From NCBI RefSeq assembly GCF_006345805.1, contig NC_043015.1:41416001-41480000 (forward strand): a stretch of 64,000 nucleotides of DNA, in the 5' to 3' direction. The notes under the pieces are model-generated. The model had not been told where the DNA came from, did no database searches, and saw only the letters and a program-made list of their open reading frames with translations. The DNA is from Octopus sinensis (lineage: Eukaryota). Shown here piece by piece: positions 10,101 to 21,531 of this stretch; position 1 is the stretch's first letter, and each line of letters starts with the position of its first letter. The translations under genes were made by a program, and so were the position numbers.

Positions 10101-11586
10101 GAAAAAGTGACATTGTCCAAAAATTGCCCAATGTAATCAATCTAAGTCTATATGCATCTCTATTTCAAAGACAGTTCTTTGGCTCTAAGAGCAACATACA
10201 AAATGTCCAATTCAAAAACTTATCAATTCTCTACAAAGTCACAGGCGGTATTGAGTAAGCCCCTACCTCAAAATTGCTGGCTCTGCAACTAAATTCTTTC
10301 TACGGTAGGTGCATGGCCTGAAATTGTGGAATTCTGGTTTAATCACCCCATATAACCCCTCATAGCTTTTTTTGTTTTGGGGTGAATTTCAGAAAATGCT
10401 TTGTGAATATGTCTTCTACACACGGGAATTTATATGGTTATGAATATAAAAACAACTGTTTTGTGTGTGTGATTTAAGGGTGATGTAACTGTTGTTTTTA
10501 GCACATCTCACGACTACCTGATACCTTCCTCGCGTCTTTGCCGTTCTGACATGTATTGATGTTTACCAGTATTTTTCTCCCCATAAACATCTTAAATGGA
10601 ATGATGATGCACTTGAAGGTGGGCCATTGCTGGATTTAAGGAAAAAATTCGGACAGTCCGTATTTTAAACTCTGATTTAATAAAAATAGAAATTCGAAAA
10701 AGAGTGGAACTTTTACAATTTATGGGTAGTGATGGGATGGGTTTAAAACTTAAAAGGGTCTTTTCCTTTTGAACGGCACTTTGTAACATAATTTCTAGGT
10801 AACTAAAAAATTTTAAACTTCGTATACTGGTAGAATGTGTTTATAAAATCATTTTCTCTTGGCTTTATTGAGAACATTCTATAGTTTGTAAGATATTTCG
10901 TCTGAAATTTCGAGCATTTTAAGTAAATCCCCTTCCCCCGTTACCCATAATCGTCGTGTGTAGAACACAAATTCACCAGAATTTTCTGAAATTTCCAAAA
11001 ATTAAAAAAAAGTTACGATGTGTTATATTTGTTTTCTTCCCAACCTGTTGGGATAAAACAAAATATCGGATAAAATTTTCAAGTACTGGAGATCGATGAT
11101 ATTGAATGATCTCTTCCTTCAAAATTGCTGGCCACGTATCGAAATTCTTTCTACAATAGGAGTACGGACTGAAATATAAGGGAAAGCGGACTAGTCCATT
11201 ACACTTTCTTTATTTGTCTATTGAAGACTTATATAGAAGGGGACGAACATGGACATCCCAACATATAACGATGTTACAATCTAATCGGATAAAAAATTCA
11301 AAATATAAAAATGAAAAGGAGATATATGAAAATCAGGAAAATCGAATGACTGTATAAAAGTCGGATGAATGGGTTCTAATCAACCCAACTAGTCCATTAC
11401 ATTGGGTCCCAGTGCGCAACTGGTACTTATTTTATGGACCCCCGACAGGGTGAAAGGCAAAATCGACCTTGGCGGAATTTGAACTCAGAACGTAAAGAGC
11501 TAGAATGAATATTAATAAGCATATTTTTCGGTGCGGTATCGACTAATCCCCTTCCCTCAAAATTTCTGGTCTTCTATCTTCTACAA

Positions 11587-11787
11587 CAGTGGTTTTCAAC
11601 CAGGGTTCCGCCAGTACAGTCTCGGGGTTCCGCAAAAAGTTACAAAACTACTAAAATCGGCAGTAATTTTTAATTCTCCTGTGCAGATATGTTTGCATAA
11701 GACTATTAAATTATTGCACAGGGGTTCCCCGAGCCGGCGGAATGTTTCCTTGGGGTTCCGCTCCAGCAAAAAGGTTGAAAAGCACTG
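11587..11787. mobile_element. hAT/Charlie-like MITE with perfect 8-bp TSD
   Basis: TIRs CAGTGGTTTTCAACC / GGTTGAAAAGCACTG; TSD TTCTACAA at 11579-11586 and 11788-11795. Confidence 0.92.
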
Positions 11788-11913
11788 TTCTACAATAACA
11801 ACCATTATTTTTTTTACGACGCACCTGCCAACCTCTCGGGACGTTTGCTTCAAGAAGAATAATTCCGTCCAAGGGGAGTGAACTCTAATCGCCTTACACC
11901 GATGTAATTGACG

Positions 11914-12007
11914 ATGGCCGCGAGATTTTTAATTCGGAATATTTTCCTGGCAGAAAATCCTTTATTTAAAATACAACAGCCTCGAATTATAGCCCCGCTA
12001 TTGTCAG
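11914..12007 (+). CDS. MRPS15: Mitochondrial ribosomal protein S15 (uS15m), exon 1
   Basis: ATG in CGATGGCCGCG context; MAARFLIRNIFLAENPLFKIQQPRIIAPLLS is Arg-rich and acid-poor like a mitochondrial targeting peptide; donor CAG|GTAAGT, phase 1. All 7 exons join to 876 nt (291 aa + stop). Confidence 0.8.
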
Positions 12008-12278
12008 GTAAGTTAAAGAAAACCCCTGTCTATATGTCTATGCACTTTTAATATCCACCACCATTTACATTATTACCAAAATCGGAACCGTCTTGCAACT
12101 TCGGTTAATTACAAGGACATCAGGTCGAATCGTATTTAATTATGTGTTTTAATTGACTTTAATTATGTAAACGGAAAATCAATGTTTTATCAATGTGATT
12201 TACGTTATTGGTAACCTATAGGTATCAAATAAATTAAAATCGAAGCTTTCCTTTTTCTTTTATGGTAAATTTTTACTA

Positions 12279-12419
12279 TAAGGTTGTCCCAAAAGTTCGT
12301 AGAAAGTCTGGGAAAATAATGGTCTTTATTTTGAGGAATAATTTTTGTTGTTTTTGTTAGTACTTGGCGAGTAAAAATTCAATTTTTGCAAGTGTTTACG
12401 AACTTTTGGGACAACCTAA
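12279..12419. mobile_element. Mariner-like MITE
   Basis: TIRs TAAGGTTGTCCCAAAAGTTCGTA / TACGAACTTTTGGGACAACCTAA flanked by TA. Confidence 0.85.
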
Positions 12420-13289
12420 TATTACACCTTTCGGAATTGCTATCACTGCCTCATGGAGAAGAAAAAAAGGACAAGGAACTGAAATCGGGTGGTTATTTCC
12501 TTCTGTGGAAACATTTTGGGCCCAAAAACTTTAATTTTTAACATTTTTGCTCTCTCCCACCCAATTCCATGTCCTTTTCTGGTAAATATTTACTTCCACA
12601 TCTGTCTCACGAGACGGGTGTAATCGTAAAAAATTACCGTTTTTAATTGCAATTATTTATTGGAACTTGGGTTGTAGTTCCACAACCCCGCTTGTGTCGG
12701 CCCTTGATCAAATATCCAAAGACATTCTAGTCTTTTAAAGATCACCTAGGGCTACATTACATCATGTAATATCTTGATTCTTTATAAAGACGTTAGAATG
12801 TGATTTGAAAGAAGAAATATAGCTGTTATTTCTAGCATACGAAACCCTCAGAAATCTCCCTTGTTAATTTGTATAGAAAGTTTGTTGTTTAACCTTTAAC
12901 CAGCCTTCTTCAGAGGCATTCCGTCAATGGCCATTTGCTATTTTATTTAAGACATTGTATACATAGGAATACGTTATCCAACATGTCCTTCCCTCTCTCT
13001 TTTTTTTCTTCAAGGTTTGAGGGAGATTTGGTTGCTCTTTCTAACAAGTCGATCAACCGCGTAAAAAGAAGCTTCCTCGCCCAATCGATTTGAATGGCGA
13101 TCGTTGTGAACATGTAGTTTCTGTTCTTTAAACATCGACATGTTAGTTCCTATCAGAACGACCCGTGGTGGCAAGGTCAAACAATTATCATTTACCCAAA
13201 CTCGAACACTGGTTTAATGGGGAAATATCCGAAGATTCATACAAACACGCAATTCCGAAAGCGTTTAACCTCCTGAAACATCAGCTGGC

Positions 13290-13760
13290 AGGATTTGAAC
13301 TTAAAATGCTCTAACTCGTCAGCTCACCCCTTAATAATAATAATGGTTTCGAATTTTGGCACAGGGCCAGCAGTATTTAATTATCGATCTCGAAGGATGA
13401 AAGGCAAAGTCGACCTCGGCGGAATTTGCACTCAGAACGTAAACACGGACAAAATGCCGCTAAGCACTTCGTCCGGCGTACTAACGATTCTGCCAGCCCA
13501 TCGCCTTTATAATAATAATCCTTTTTGCTATAGGTTCAAGGCCTGAAATTTTGGGGAGGAGGATAGTCGATTTCATCGCCCCCAGTTCTCTATTAGTACT
13601 TATTTTATTGACCCCGAAAGGATGAAAGGCAAAGTCAACCTCAGTGGAATTTGAACTCAGAACGTAAAGACGAACGAAATGCTGCTAAACATTTTTGACT
13701 GGTGTGCTAACGTTTCTGCCAGTTCGCCGGCGGCTTTTGATACAAGGCCTGAAATTTTGG
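13290..13760 (-). mobile_element. Two to three SINE family B copies in MRPS15 intron 1
   Basis: Repeated GGATGAAAGGCAAAGTC(G/A)ACCTC..GAATTTG(C/A)ACTCAGAACGTAAA..TCTGCCAG blocks. Confidence 0.8.
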
Positions 13761-14354
13761 TGGAGGCAACTGGCCAATTACAGTCAAACCATCCAACCCA
13801 TGCCAGCATGGAACACGGACGTATATGAGTGCATGTGCGCATTTTGTGTATTTACGTTGTCACTTCTTGGGCAGTTGTGATATTGTTTATGTTAACCAAA
13901 AACCCTCAGATTGGCAGCTCAAGAGTTTGACAGGAAAAGAAATGGAAATAATCTGGTTTACTTGAAAAACAAGTAAAGGTTGGCATCAGGAAAGGCATCT
14001 GGCTGTCAAATGGTGCCTTGAGAAGCCTCATCTGACCCACGTCAGCTCAGATGTAAAAATGATGTTGATGATGATGATGATGCATTTCGATGGGTTTGAT
14101 CCCTGGTCATCATCAGGTATTTTATAACTCGGAAGGTTGAGCCTTCTACCAGGCCTTTCATAATACTCTTAAAGCCAGAATTTTTCAGCAATCCCTTATA
14201 AATAATATAAAATCTTTCCTCTCTTGATGTTATTAACAGTCTGAATAATTATATTCTCGTTAATTATTATTGTTTTATATTCTGTCTTTGTCTTTGTTTG
14301 TTGTTTTATTTGGAACAACTTTTTAAATGCTTTTTTTGTTTGTTTTTGTCTTAG

Positions 14355-14450
14355 GCAACATCCAGAATGTTCCGAGCGAGGGAGACAGACGATTTTATTC
14401 GAGAGTCCGCAAGAAAGAACGTCCGTTGTTCCCTAAACTTTTTAAATCAG
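14355..14450 (+). CDS. MRPS15: MRPS15 exon 2
   Basis: Acceptor TTTTTGTCTTAG, donor CAG|GTTTGT; phase 1-1, 96 nt, (G)NIQNVPSEGDRRFYSRVRKKERPLFPKLFKS, open in the required frame. Confidence 0.8.
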
Positions 14451-15044
14451 GTTTGTTAAAATGAATCATTATAGATTTTTTTTGTCATTACCATCATCAT
14501 CATCATTACCACTATCATCATTACCACTAGGCGTATGGCGTAGTGGTTTAGAGCACGGGCTACTAACCCCAAGTTTCCGAGTTTGCTTCCAGGCAGTGAT
14601 CTGAATAATATCAGTCAAATCATCCAACCCATGCTAGCATCGTCTCTTTTGGCAAGGCCAGGTTCCATCGTCGCACATCCTACAGTGAAAACCCTTCTTA
14701 ACACCAACCATAGAAAGCAGCCAGTACACTCTGTACAGTAAACTGAGTGCATTTTATGTGGCACCAGCACCAGTGCATTTTATGTGGCACCAGCACCAAT
14801 AGGGTCACAAAGTACCTTGCACGACAAACTGCCTACCTCGACTGGGAGGTTGGGAGTAGTATTGAGCAGGGTGTAACTTTATGCCATTTGAGAGATTTGA
14901 GGTACAGAGGGAACAGATACAGGTGTCTTGCTTGAAAATGATGAAGAATTTAGTGGAATAACTTTTGTCATTATTAAGGTGATGTTTAGAACATAAAATA
15001 AAATTTTGATGGAAGTTTATATTACAGATTATATTTAGATTGTG

Positions 15045-15380
15045 AAGGTGCATGGCTTAGTGGTTAGAGTGTAGATCTTACAATTGTGAGGTTGTGAGTT
15101 CGATTTCCGGATTGGGGTGCGTGTTGTGTTCTTGAGCAAGACACTTTATTTCCCATTGCTCCAGTTTACTCAGCTGTAGAAATGAGTTGCGACATCACAG
15201 GTGCCCAGCTGTATCAGCCCCTTTGCCTTTCTCTTGGATAACACTGGTGGCGTGGAGAGGGGAGGCCAGTATGCATGGGCAACTGCTGGTCTTCCACAAA
15301 CAACCTTGCCCTGACTTGTGCCTCGGAGGGTAACTTTCTAGGTGCAACCCCACGGTCATTCATGCCTGAAGGGGGGTCTC
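15045..15380 (+). mobile_element. tRNA-derived CORE-like SINE (family D)
   Basis: Head GGCTTAGTGGTTAGAG (A-box) .. GAGTTCGATTTCC (B-box), then TTCTTGAGCAAGACACTT; related heads at 14530, 18598, 53195, 54875 and (minus) 46640-46770. Confidence 0.75.
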
Positions 15381-15506
15381 CTCCTCCTATTTATATTAGG
15401 AAGTTTATATTATGGAACCAGGAACAGTCTCTGCTAGGTTGGTATCAAGAGAGTTTGAAGAATTTAAAATTTCTATTCACATGTTACCATTTTTTAATTA
15501 CTGTAG

Positions 15507-15582
15507 GTGACAGAATGAAGAGAGAACCATTGCCAGATTCTACTATCAAATTCTGGTGCCAGGACATCAAAGAACTACCAAA
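15507..15582 (+). CDS. MRPS15: MRPS15 exon 3
   Basis: Acceptor TTTTTAATTACTGTAG, donor AA|GTAAGT; phase 1-2; (G)DRMKREPLPDSTIKFWCQDIKELP. Confidence 0.85.
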
Positions 15583-15717
15583 GTAAGTAAAAACGAAACG
15601 GTCCATTATGATTGTGCATAATATTTGTAAATCTTTGGAAGACTTTATATTTATCCTGGTTTATCACAGTTGTTTGGTTTCCCTCAAACAAGACACCGTG
15701 TTATATAGTAGTACACA

Positions 15718-16050
15718 TCATCATCATCGTTTAATGTCCATTTTCCATGCTAGCATGGGTTGGATGGTTCGACAGGGGTCTGAGAAGCCAGGAGGCTGCA
15801 CCAGGCTCCAGTCTGATCTGGCAGTGTTTCTACAGTTGGATGCCCTTCCTAACGACAACCACTCCATGAGTGTAGTGGGTGCTTTTTACGTGCCACCGGC
15901 ACAGGTGCTAGGGGAGGCTGGCAGCATCCACGATCGGTTGGTACTTTTTATGTGCCACCGGCACAGAAGCCAGTCATGGCGGCGCTGGCATCAGCCACGT
16001 TTGGATGGTGCTTTTTACGTGCCACCGGCACAGGTATCACAACTACAATT
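15718..16050 (-). mobile_element. RTE-type 3' end
   Basis: (CAT)n-GTTTAATGTCCATTTTCCATGCTAGCATGGG..GATGCCCTTCCTAACGACAACC family sequence. Confidence 0.75.
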
Positions 16051-16414
16051 TCCATTTTTATTTTGATGTTGATGTTGATGTACTTGACTCAATAGGTCTC
16101 CTCAAGCACAGCAGGTCACCCTACGATCCAAGGTACTTTGGATGGGCTGGGGCTATGCGAAACCGGTGCAGGAAACAGCCTTGTTTCAGTCATTAGACTA
16201 TGGCCATGCTGGGGCATCACTTTGAAGAATTTTTTTAGTTGAACGAATCAACCCCAGTATATATATATTTTTTTAAAGTCTGATATCTATCCTATCAGCC
16301 CTTTTAGCTGAATTGCTAAGTCATGAGGATATAAACACACCAACACTGTTTGTCAAGCAGTAGAGTAGGACAAACACAGACACATGCTTGCACACACACA
16401 CACATGTACACACA

Positions 16415-16639
16415 CGAGAAGGTGCTGAAAAGTTCCTGGGTTTGGATAAAAGAAAATACAGGAGGATCAGTTAATTGTGGTTCCATTCAACATTTTCCCC
16501 TCTCAGATTCACACACTTATTGACTCATTGCAGTGGTCCTTCAGTTTTTCTCACCTTTGTAAAAGAACTTGGAAGGTTAGGCCTCCAAGCAAGCCTTTCG
16601 CAACACCTTTGAAACCAGGAACTTTTCAGCACTCCCTTG
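16415..16639. mobile_element. Mariner-like MITE 85 bp upstream of MRPS15 exon 4
   Basis: TIRs CGAGAAGGTGCTGAAAAGTTCCTGG / CCAGGAACTTTTCAGCACTCCCTTG, with TA at the right flank. Confidence 0.8.
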
Positions 16640-16723
16640 TATTTCCGGTCCTAAAAGTCCATTCTCTTGTATCAACTTCCTCATTTTCAAACCCTTTTTC
16701 TTCCTTGCTCTCTCTCTTTCCAG

Positions 16724-16772
16724 TGTACCTGACAATGTCCGGAGGTTGTTCACAATTGAATTTGCGAGCCGT
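16724..16772 (+). CDS. MRPS15: MRPS15 exon 4
   Basis: Acceptor CTCTCTCTTTCCAG, donor CGT|GTAAGT; phase 2-0; (N)VPDNVRRLFTIEFASR aligns with the MRPS15 motif VDDVVKRLLSLEMA. Confidence 0.9.
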
Positions 16773-17624
16773 GTAAGTTAACCCTTCTTACTTAAATTTC
16801 CCATCATGGATTTCTGTTGTTAATTCCATAAATTTTCTCCAGACTTGTCTTTTCCTACCTTCACCTTTTTTTTATTCTGACAAACACACACACACAAAAG
16901 CAGCAGCAGCAACTGTTTGTCACAAACAAACAAATTGCTTGTGCACAGATACTGAACAATGGCACCTTTGCACCTTTCCAGGCGACAACCCTCCATACAA
17001 GAGTGGAATGCAAATCCTACCTCGATCTCTTTTAGTCACCATTTATGAGATGCAGAGGAAAATGTTGGGCCTATTCTTTCACTTGCTGGCCCCTATACAG
17101 TGAAAGAAACTAATATTATTATCATTTTTTTAATAATTTAGACGTCTGGTCTCCGTGCCGGTGGCACGTAAAAAGCACCATCCAATCATGGCCGTTTGCC
17201 AGCCTCCCCTGGCACCTGTGCTGGTGGCACGTAAAAAGCACCCACTACACTCTCGGAGTGGTTGGCGTTAGGAAGGGCATCCAACTGTAGAAACTCTGCC
17301 AGATCAGACTGGAGCCTGGTGCAGCCTTCTGGCTTCCCAGACCCCAGGCGAACTGTCCAACCCATGCCAGCATTGAAAGCGGACGTTAAACGATGATGAT
17401 GATGATGATGATTAGACAGTAAGCTGGCAGATCAGTCAGAATGCTTAGTCGCATTTTCCCTAGTTCCCTATGCACTGAGTTCAAATCCTGCTAAGGTCAA
17501 CTGTGCCTTTCATCCTTTTGGGGGCTTGATAAAATAAAGTACCAGTCATGTACTGGGGTCGATTGTATTGACTAACCCTCTCCCCTTAAAATTTCCTAAT
17601 TAATTAATTTCCTATTATTATCAT

Positions 17625-18063
17625 TTATTTCTTTACTACCCACAAGGGGCTAAACATAGAGGGGACAAACAAGGACAGACAAACGGATTAAGTCGATTAT
17701 ATCGACCCCAGTGCGTAACTGGTACTTAATTTATCGACCCCGAAAGGATGAAAATTTATCGACCCCGAAAGGATGAAAGGCAAAGTCGACCTCGGCGGAA
17801 TTTGAACCCAGAACGTAACGGCAGACAAAATACCTATTTCTTTACTATCCACAAAGGGCTAAACATAGAGGGGACAAACAAGGACAGACAAACATATTAA
17901 GTCGATTATATCGACCCCAGTGCGTAACTGGTACTTATTTAATCGACCCCGAAAGGATGAAAGGCAAAGTCGACCTTGGCGGAATTTGAACCCAGAATGT
18001 AACGGCAGATGAAATACGGCTACGCATTTCGCCTGGCGTGCTAACGGTTCTGCCGGCTCGCCG
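17625..18063 (-). mobile_element. Tandem dimer of SINE family B
   Basis: Two units starting TATTTCTTTACTA..GGGCTAAACATAGAGGGGAC, joined at AAATACC|TATTTC (17834/17835); only the right unit retains the tRNA-like head. Confidence 0.85.
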
Positions 18064-18293
18064 ACCATGCCAAATCAGACTGAAACACTGGGGTTACTGT
18101 AATCAACTAGTCCCCTTTCCATAAATTTCAGGCCTTGTGCCCTTAGTAGAAAGGATTATCATTATTATTTCCTCTTTTAATTCCAATTTTGATTTATGTT
18201 TGTTTAACGACTTCGAAGTTGAAATGCTGTCCTGTCTTTTATCTTTTATCTCTCTATCTTACTCTTTCCCTTTTTCTCTCTCTCTCTTTTCAG

Positions 18294-18378
18294 CAAGAAA
18301 TAAGGGATCATGAACACCACATGTTGCTGGAGAAAATCCAAGACGCTCTGGGACCCGATGCTTTTTTGGAAAAAAAAA
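18294..18378 (+). CDS. MRPS15: MRPS15 exon 5 (GC donor)
   Basis: Acceptor (CT)nTTTTCAG; QEIRDHEHHMLLEKIQDALGPDAFLEKK aligns with KEMLKIKQEQFMKKIV..SLEAR; phase 0-1, ending at A|GCAAGT, the only donor that joins in frame to exon 6. Confidence 0.85.
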
Positions 18379-18699
18379 GCAAGTTTCATTTATTTGTTTA
18401 GTGTAGTGGATGCTTTGAATGTGGCACCAAGCACAGGTTCTTTTACGTGGCACCAACGTGGGTGCTTACGAGGCACTGCATGGATACTTCCACACGACAC
18501 CAGCACCCATAAGCCCTACCCCTTCCACACATTCCTTCCACAATTAATGATCAGCACCTCTCGATGCAGCTGTCCTCATCCATATGAATTATATATCGTG
18601 GAGGCACATGGCCTAGTGGTTAGAGCAACGGACTCGCAGTCGAGGGATTGTGGGTTCGAATCTCAGACCTTATGGTCACATAAGGGGTGCAGCAGTATC

Positions 18700-19130
18700 A
18701 GAGGAAGGTTAACAGAGAAAGTAGTCTTTACAGGGGGTAGATGTGTAGGTACAATAAACACTAGGAATGTGCAGAAAACAGACCCTCCCAAATATTTTAG
18801 GGGATCCTTAGAAGGAGTCGACAGTTTCCATTACTAGACATACCTGAAATTTCTTCTTTAGTTATGGTGGTGATTCAGCTGTAAGAACAAAGTCTTCAGC
18901 GTAGAGGAGCTCCCAACGGCAGCCTATCTTAAACTCCTCTGTTATGACCTGGAGCACTATGATAAATAAGAAGGGGTTGAGAACCGATCCCTGGTGAATT
19001 CCTACCTGTACACTAAATTCCTTGCTATATTCATTGCCAACCTTTGCCTTACTGACAACATCCCTATACATGGCTTGTACAACTCTCATCCACCATTCAT
19101 CTCTCCCGAGCTTCCACGTCGCTCACAGGG
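18700..19130. mobile_element. RTE LINE reverse-transcriptase fragments in opposite orientations
   Basis: Plus 18720-18837: CVGTINTRNVQKTD..SLEGVDSFHY (LEVVDSFxYLG-like). Minus 18862-19089: VQVGIHQGSVLNPFLFIIVLQVITEEFKIGCRWELLYAED (QGS..P.LF and YADD-like motifs). Confidence 0.85.
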
Positions 19131-19740
19131 GACCTAGCAAATTCCATCTGACCCATACAAGCATGGAAAAGTGGAGGTATTCCTACCGCTCTATGTCACG
19201 CTAGTGAGACCCATATAGGAGTACGGGATTCAAGCCTCTTCTCCTTATCTCCTCAAAGACATACAGCATCTCGAAAGAGTCCAGAAGCTGGCTGCCCGCA
19301 TGGTTCTTGGTCTCAAGCATTTGTCTTATGAAGAAAGGCTGAAGACGCTCGACCTTTATTCTCTCGAAAAACGATGCCACCGTGGTGATCTCATTTTCGC
19401 TCACAACATCATAAGTGGAAAGTGTAACCTCTCGAAAGAGCTGTTCTTCACTCCTGCTCCAGAGCGTTGGCTGCGGGGTCATTCCGTAAAGCTCTATCTA
19501 CGACGATTTCATCTCAATCGAAGGAGAGGGGCTTTCTCCGTCCGGGTTGCGGATCCATGGAATAAACTGCCGGACAAGATAGTGAAGATACCAACGACCG
19601 CTCGGTTCAAAGTCTCTCTTGACCAGAAATGGCCTGAACTCTTTGCATGAACACCCTCCCTGTACATAACTCCATGTCCCCCTACATGGCCTTGCTTTTT
19701 GCTTTTTGAGCCAAAAAATTAACTTAACTTAACTTAACTA
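19130..19740 (+). mobile_element. CR1/L2-group LINE 3' end with (TTAAC)n tail
   Basis: LERVQKLAARMVLGLKHLSYEERLKTLDLYSLEKRCHRGDLI..RGHS.KL..FSVRVADPWNKLP, the typical CR1 ORF2 C-terminus; tail AATTAACTTAACTTAACTTAAC. Confidence 0.9.
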
Positions 19741-19810
19741 TGATTGTTAGATACTGATTAATTAAGCTAAATGTGATGATTTTAATGAAGAATTCTTTTC
19801 TATTTAACAG

Positions 19811-19869
19811 TTGCTTACCTAACTCTTCGTATTCGAGCTTTGAAAAAACATCTGACTTCTTTCAGAAAG
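19811..19869 (+). CDS. MRPS15: MRPS15 exon 6
   Basis: Acceptor TTCTTTTCTATTTAACAG, donor AAG|GTGAGT; phase 1-0; (I)AYLTLRIRALKKHLTSFRK is the S15 core ([20 protein letters not shown]-like). Confidence 0.92.
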
Positions 19870-20100
19870 GTGAGTTTTTGTCCATTTAGCTATTTTGTGT
19901 CTAAATTTGCAGATAAATTTGTCAGCAGGCAGTTTAGCTTAATGACAAAGCACTCAGCTAAAGTCTCAAGGGATGTGAGTTCAAATTCCATGGCTGGTTG
20001 TTGATAAATTTTTCCATTTTGTAAGGGTGGTTTACCCAGTATTTCTGCCATTCCAACGGCAATTCTGCATTTGAGAAAATATCATCTTATTTGTGCCTCT

Positions 20101-20491
20101 TTTACTCTTTTACTTGTTTCAGTCATTTGACTGCAGCCATGCTGGAGCACCGCCTTTAGTCGAGCAAATCGACCCTGGGACTTATTCTTTGTAAGCCCAG
20201 TACTTATTCTATTGGTCTCTTTTGCTGAACCGCTCGATTACAGGAATGTAAACACACCAGCATCGGTTGTCAAGCAATGCTAGGGGGATAAACACAGACA
20301 CACAAACACATATATATATACATATATACGACGGGCTTCTTTCAGTTTCTGTCTACCAAATCCACTCACAAGGCATTGGTCGGCCCGGGGCTATAGCAGA
20401 AGACACTTGCCCAATATGCCATGCAGTGGGACTGAACCCGGAACCATGTGGCTGGTAAGCAAGCTACTTACCACACAGCCACTCCTGCGCC
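20101..20491 (-). mobile_element. SINE family A, full length
   Basis: Head GGCGCAGGAGTGGCTGTGTGGTAAGTAGC, internal microsatellite, (GTAAAAGA)n tail. Confidence 0.88.
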
Positions 20492-21069
20492 TACAAATTT
20501 TTTTTTTTTTGAGCCACCCTGTTCTTTCTTTTTCTCCTTATTTTTGCCATCTTAATATTTCCCATCAAGGGTTTAAAAGATCCAAAATAAGGCCTTCCAT
20601 CAAAATTCCAGGTTAATTTTATGTTCCAAGCACCAAACTTAATAATCCTTTCGGCTGTAGGCAGGAGACTCGAAATTTTGAGGAGAGGGGTAGGTCAATT
20701 AGTTTGACCCTAGTGCTCAACTTGTACCTATTTCATCGACCCCTAAAAGTGATGAAATGAACACAGAACATAAAGGTTGATGAAATTCCACTAAGCATTT
20801 GTCTAGATAATAATTCTGGTAACTCACCGCCTTCCACTAGCTTATTATGATAACTCTTTATCATTCCTGAAAGAGAAGCCCTCTCCTTGGACCCCTTCCG
20901 CAGCTGTAGCCTTGTAGACCCTGGCAGCAGGTGAAAGTATTTCACTGCCTTGTCTTTGGTTGGCCTGCCTCTTGATCGAGTTGTCTTGTTGTCCATTCCG
21001 TCATCCCGATTGTCCATCTGTTATCCGTCAGTCATGCAATGTCGTCGGTCCATCTATGTTTGTTCTTCT

Positions 21070-21235
21070 TGATGGTTCTTATGATGTGAAGCATGGGTTC
21101 TCAACGCTACCGTCATGAACACCCTCATTGTAGCCAACAGAAAATGGAATGAATCGTGCTTGGCATCACTTTGCAGGACCAGAAAACCAATGCCTGGATA
21201 CAGCAGTTCACAAGAGCCAATGATATCAATGGCAG
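21070..21235 (+). mobile_element. RTE LINE ORF2 fragment
   Basis: CEAWVLNATVMNTLIVANRKW..LGITLQDQKTNAWIQQFTRANDI with a frameshift; RTE-like ETW..M.G.T..D motif. Confidence 0.6.
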
Positions 21236-21531
21236 TTAATTTACAAAATTCTTCACTGTTTTCAAAATTTGTTGAAACAAAGGCCGTATATTTCAATGGA
21301 ATTATGCTAACATCAGGGTTAACTCCTTAGCATTCGTATTATTCTGTCAAAAGCAATGCTTATTTATTGACCATTGTTTTGAATTAATCCTTCATTATCT
21401 TGTAGCTGTGAGATTTTGATGAGGCAACTGTTAATTTTTGGAACGATAGGGTTCGTGTGAAAAGCCAGATCTAACCAGTTTGAATATAAAACAGGTTTTG
21501 GTTGGATATGGCTGGTTTAAATGCTGAAGGT

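Noticed and set aside
15608-16066. Recurrent 60-150-aa ORFs (LQSDLAVFLQLDALPNANHS.., MLGGQTQTH.., MAMLEHRL..)
   Set aside because: All derive from the RTE-type 3' UTR repeat or SINE family A; the same peptide recurs at many dispersed copies.
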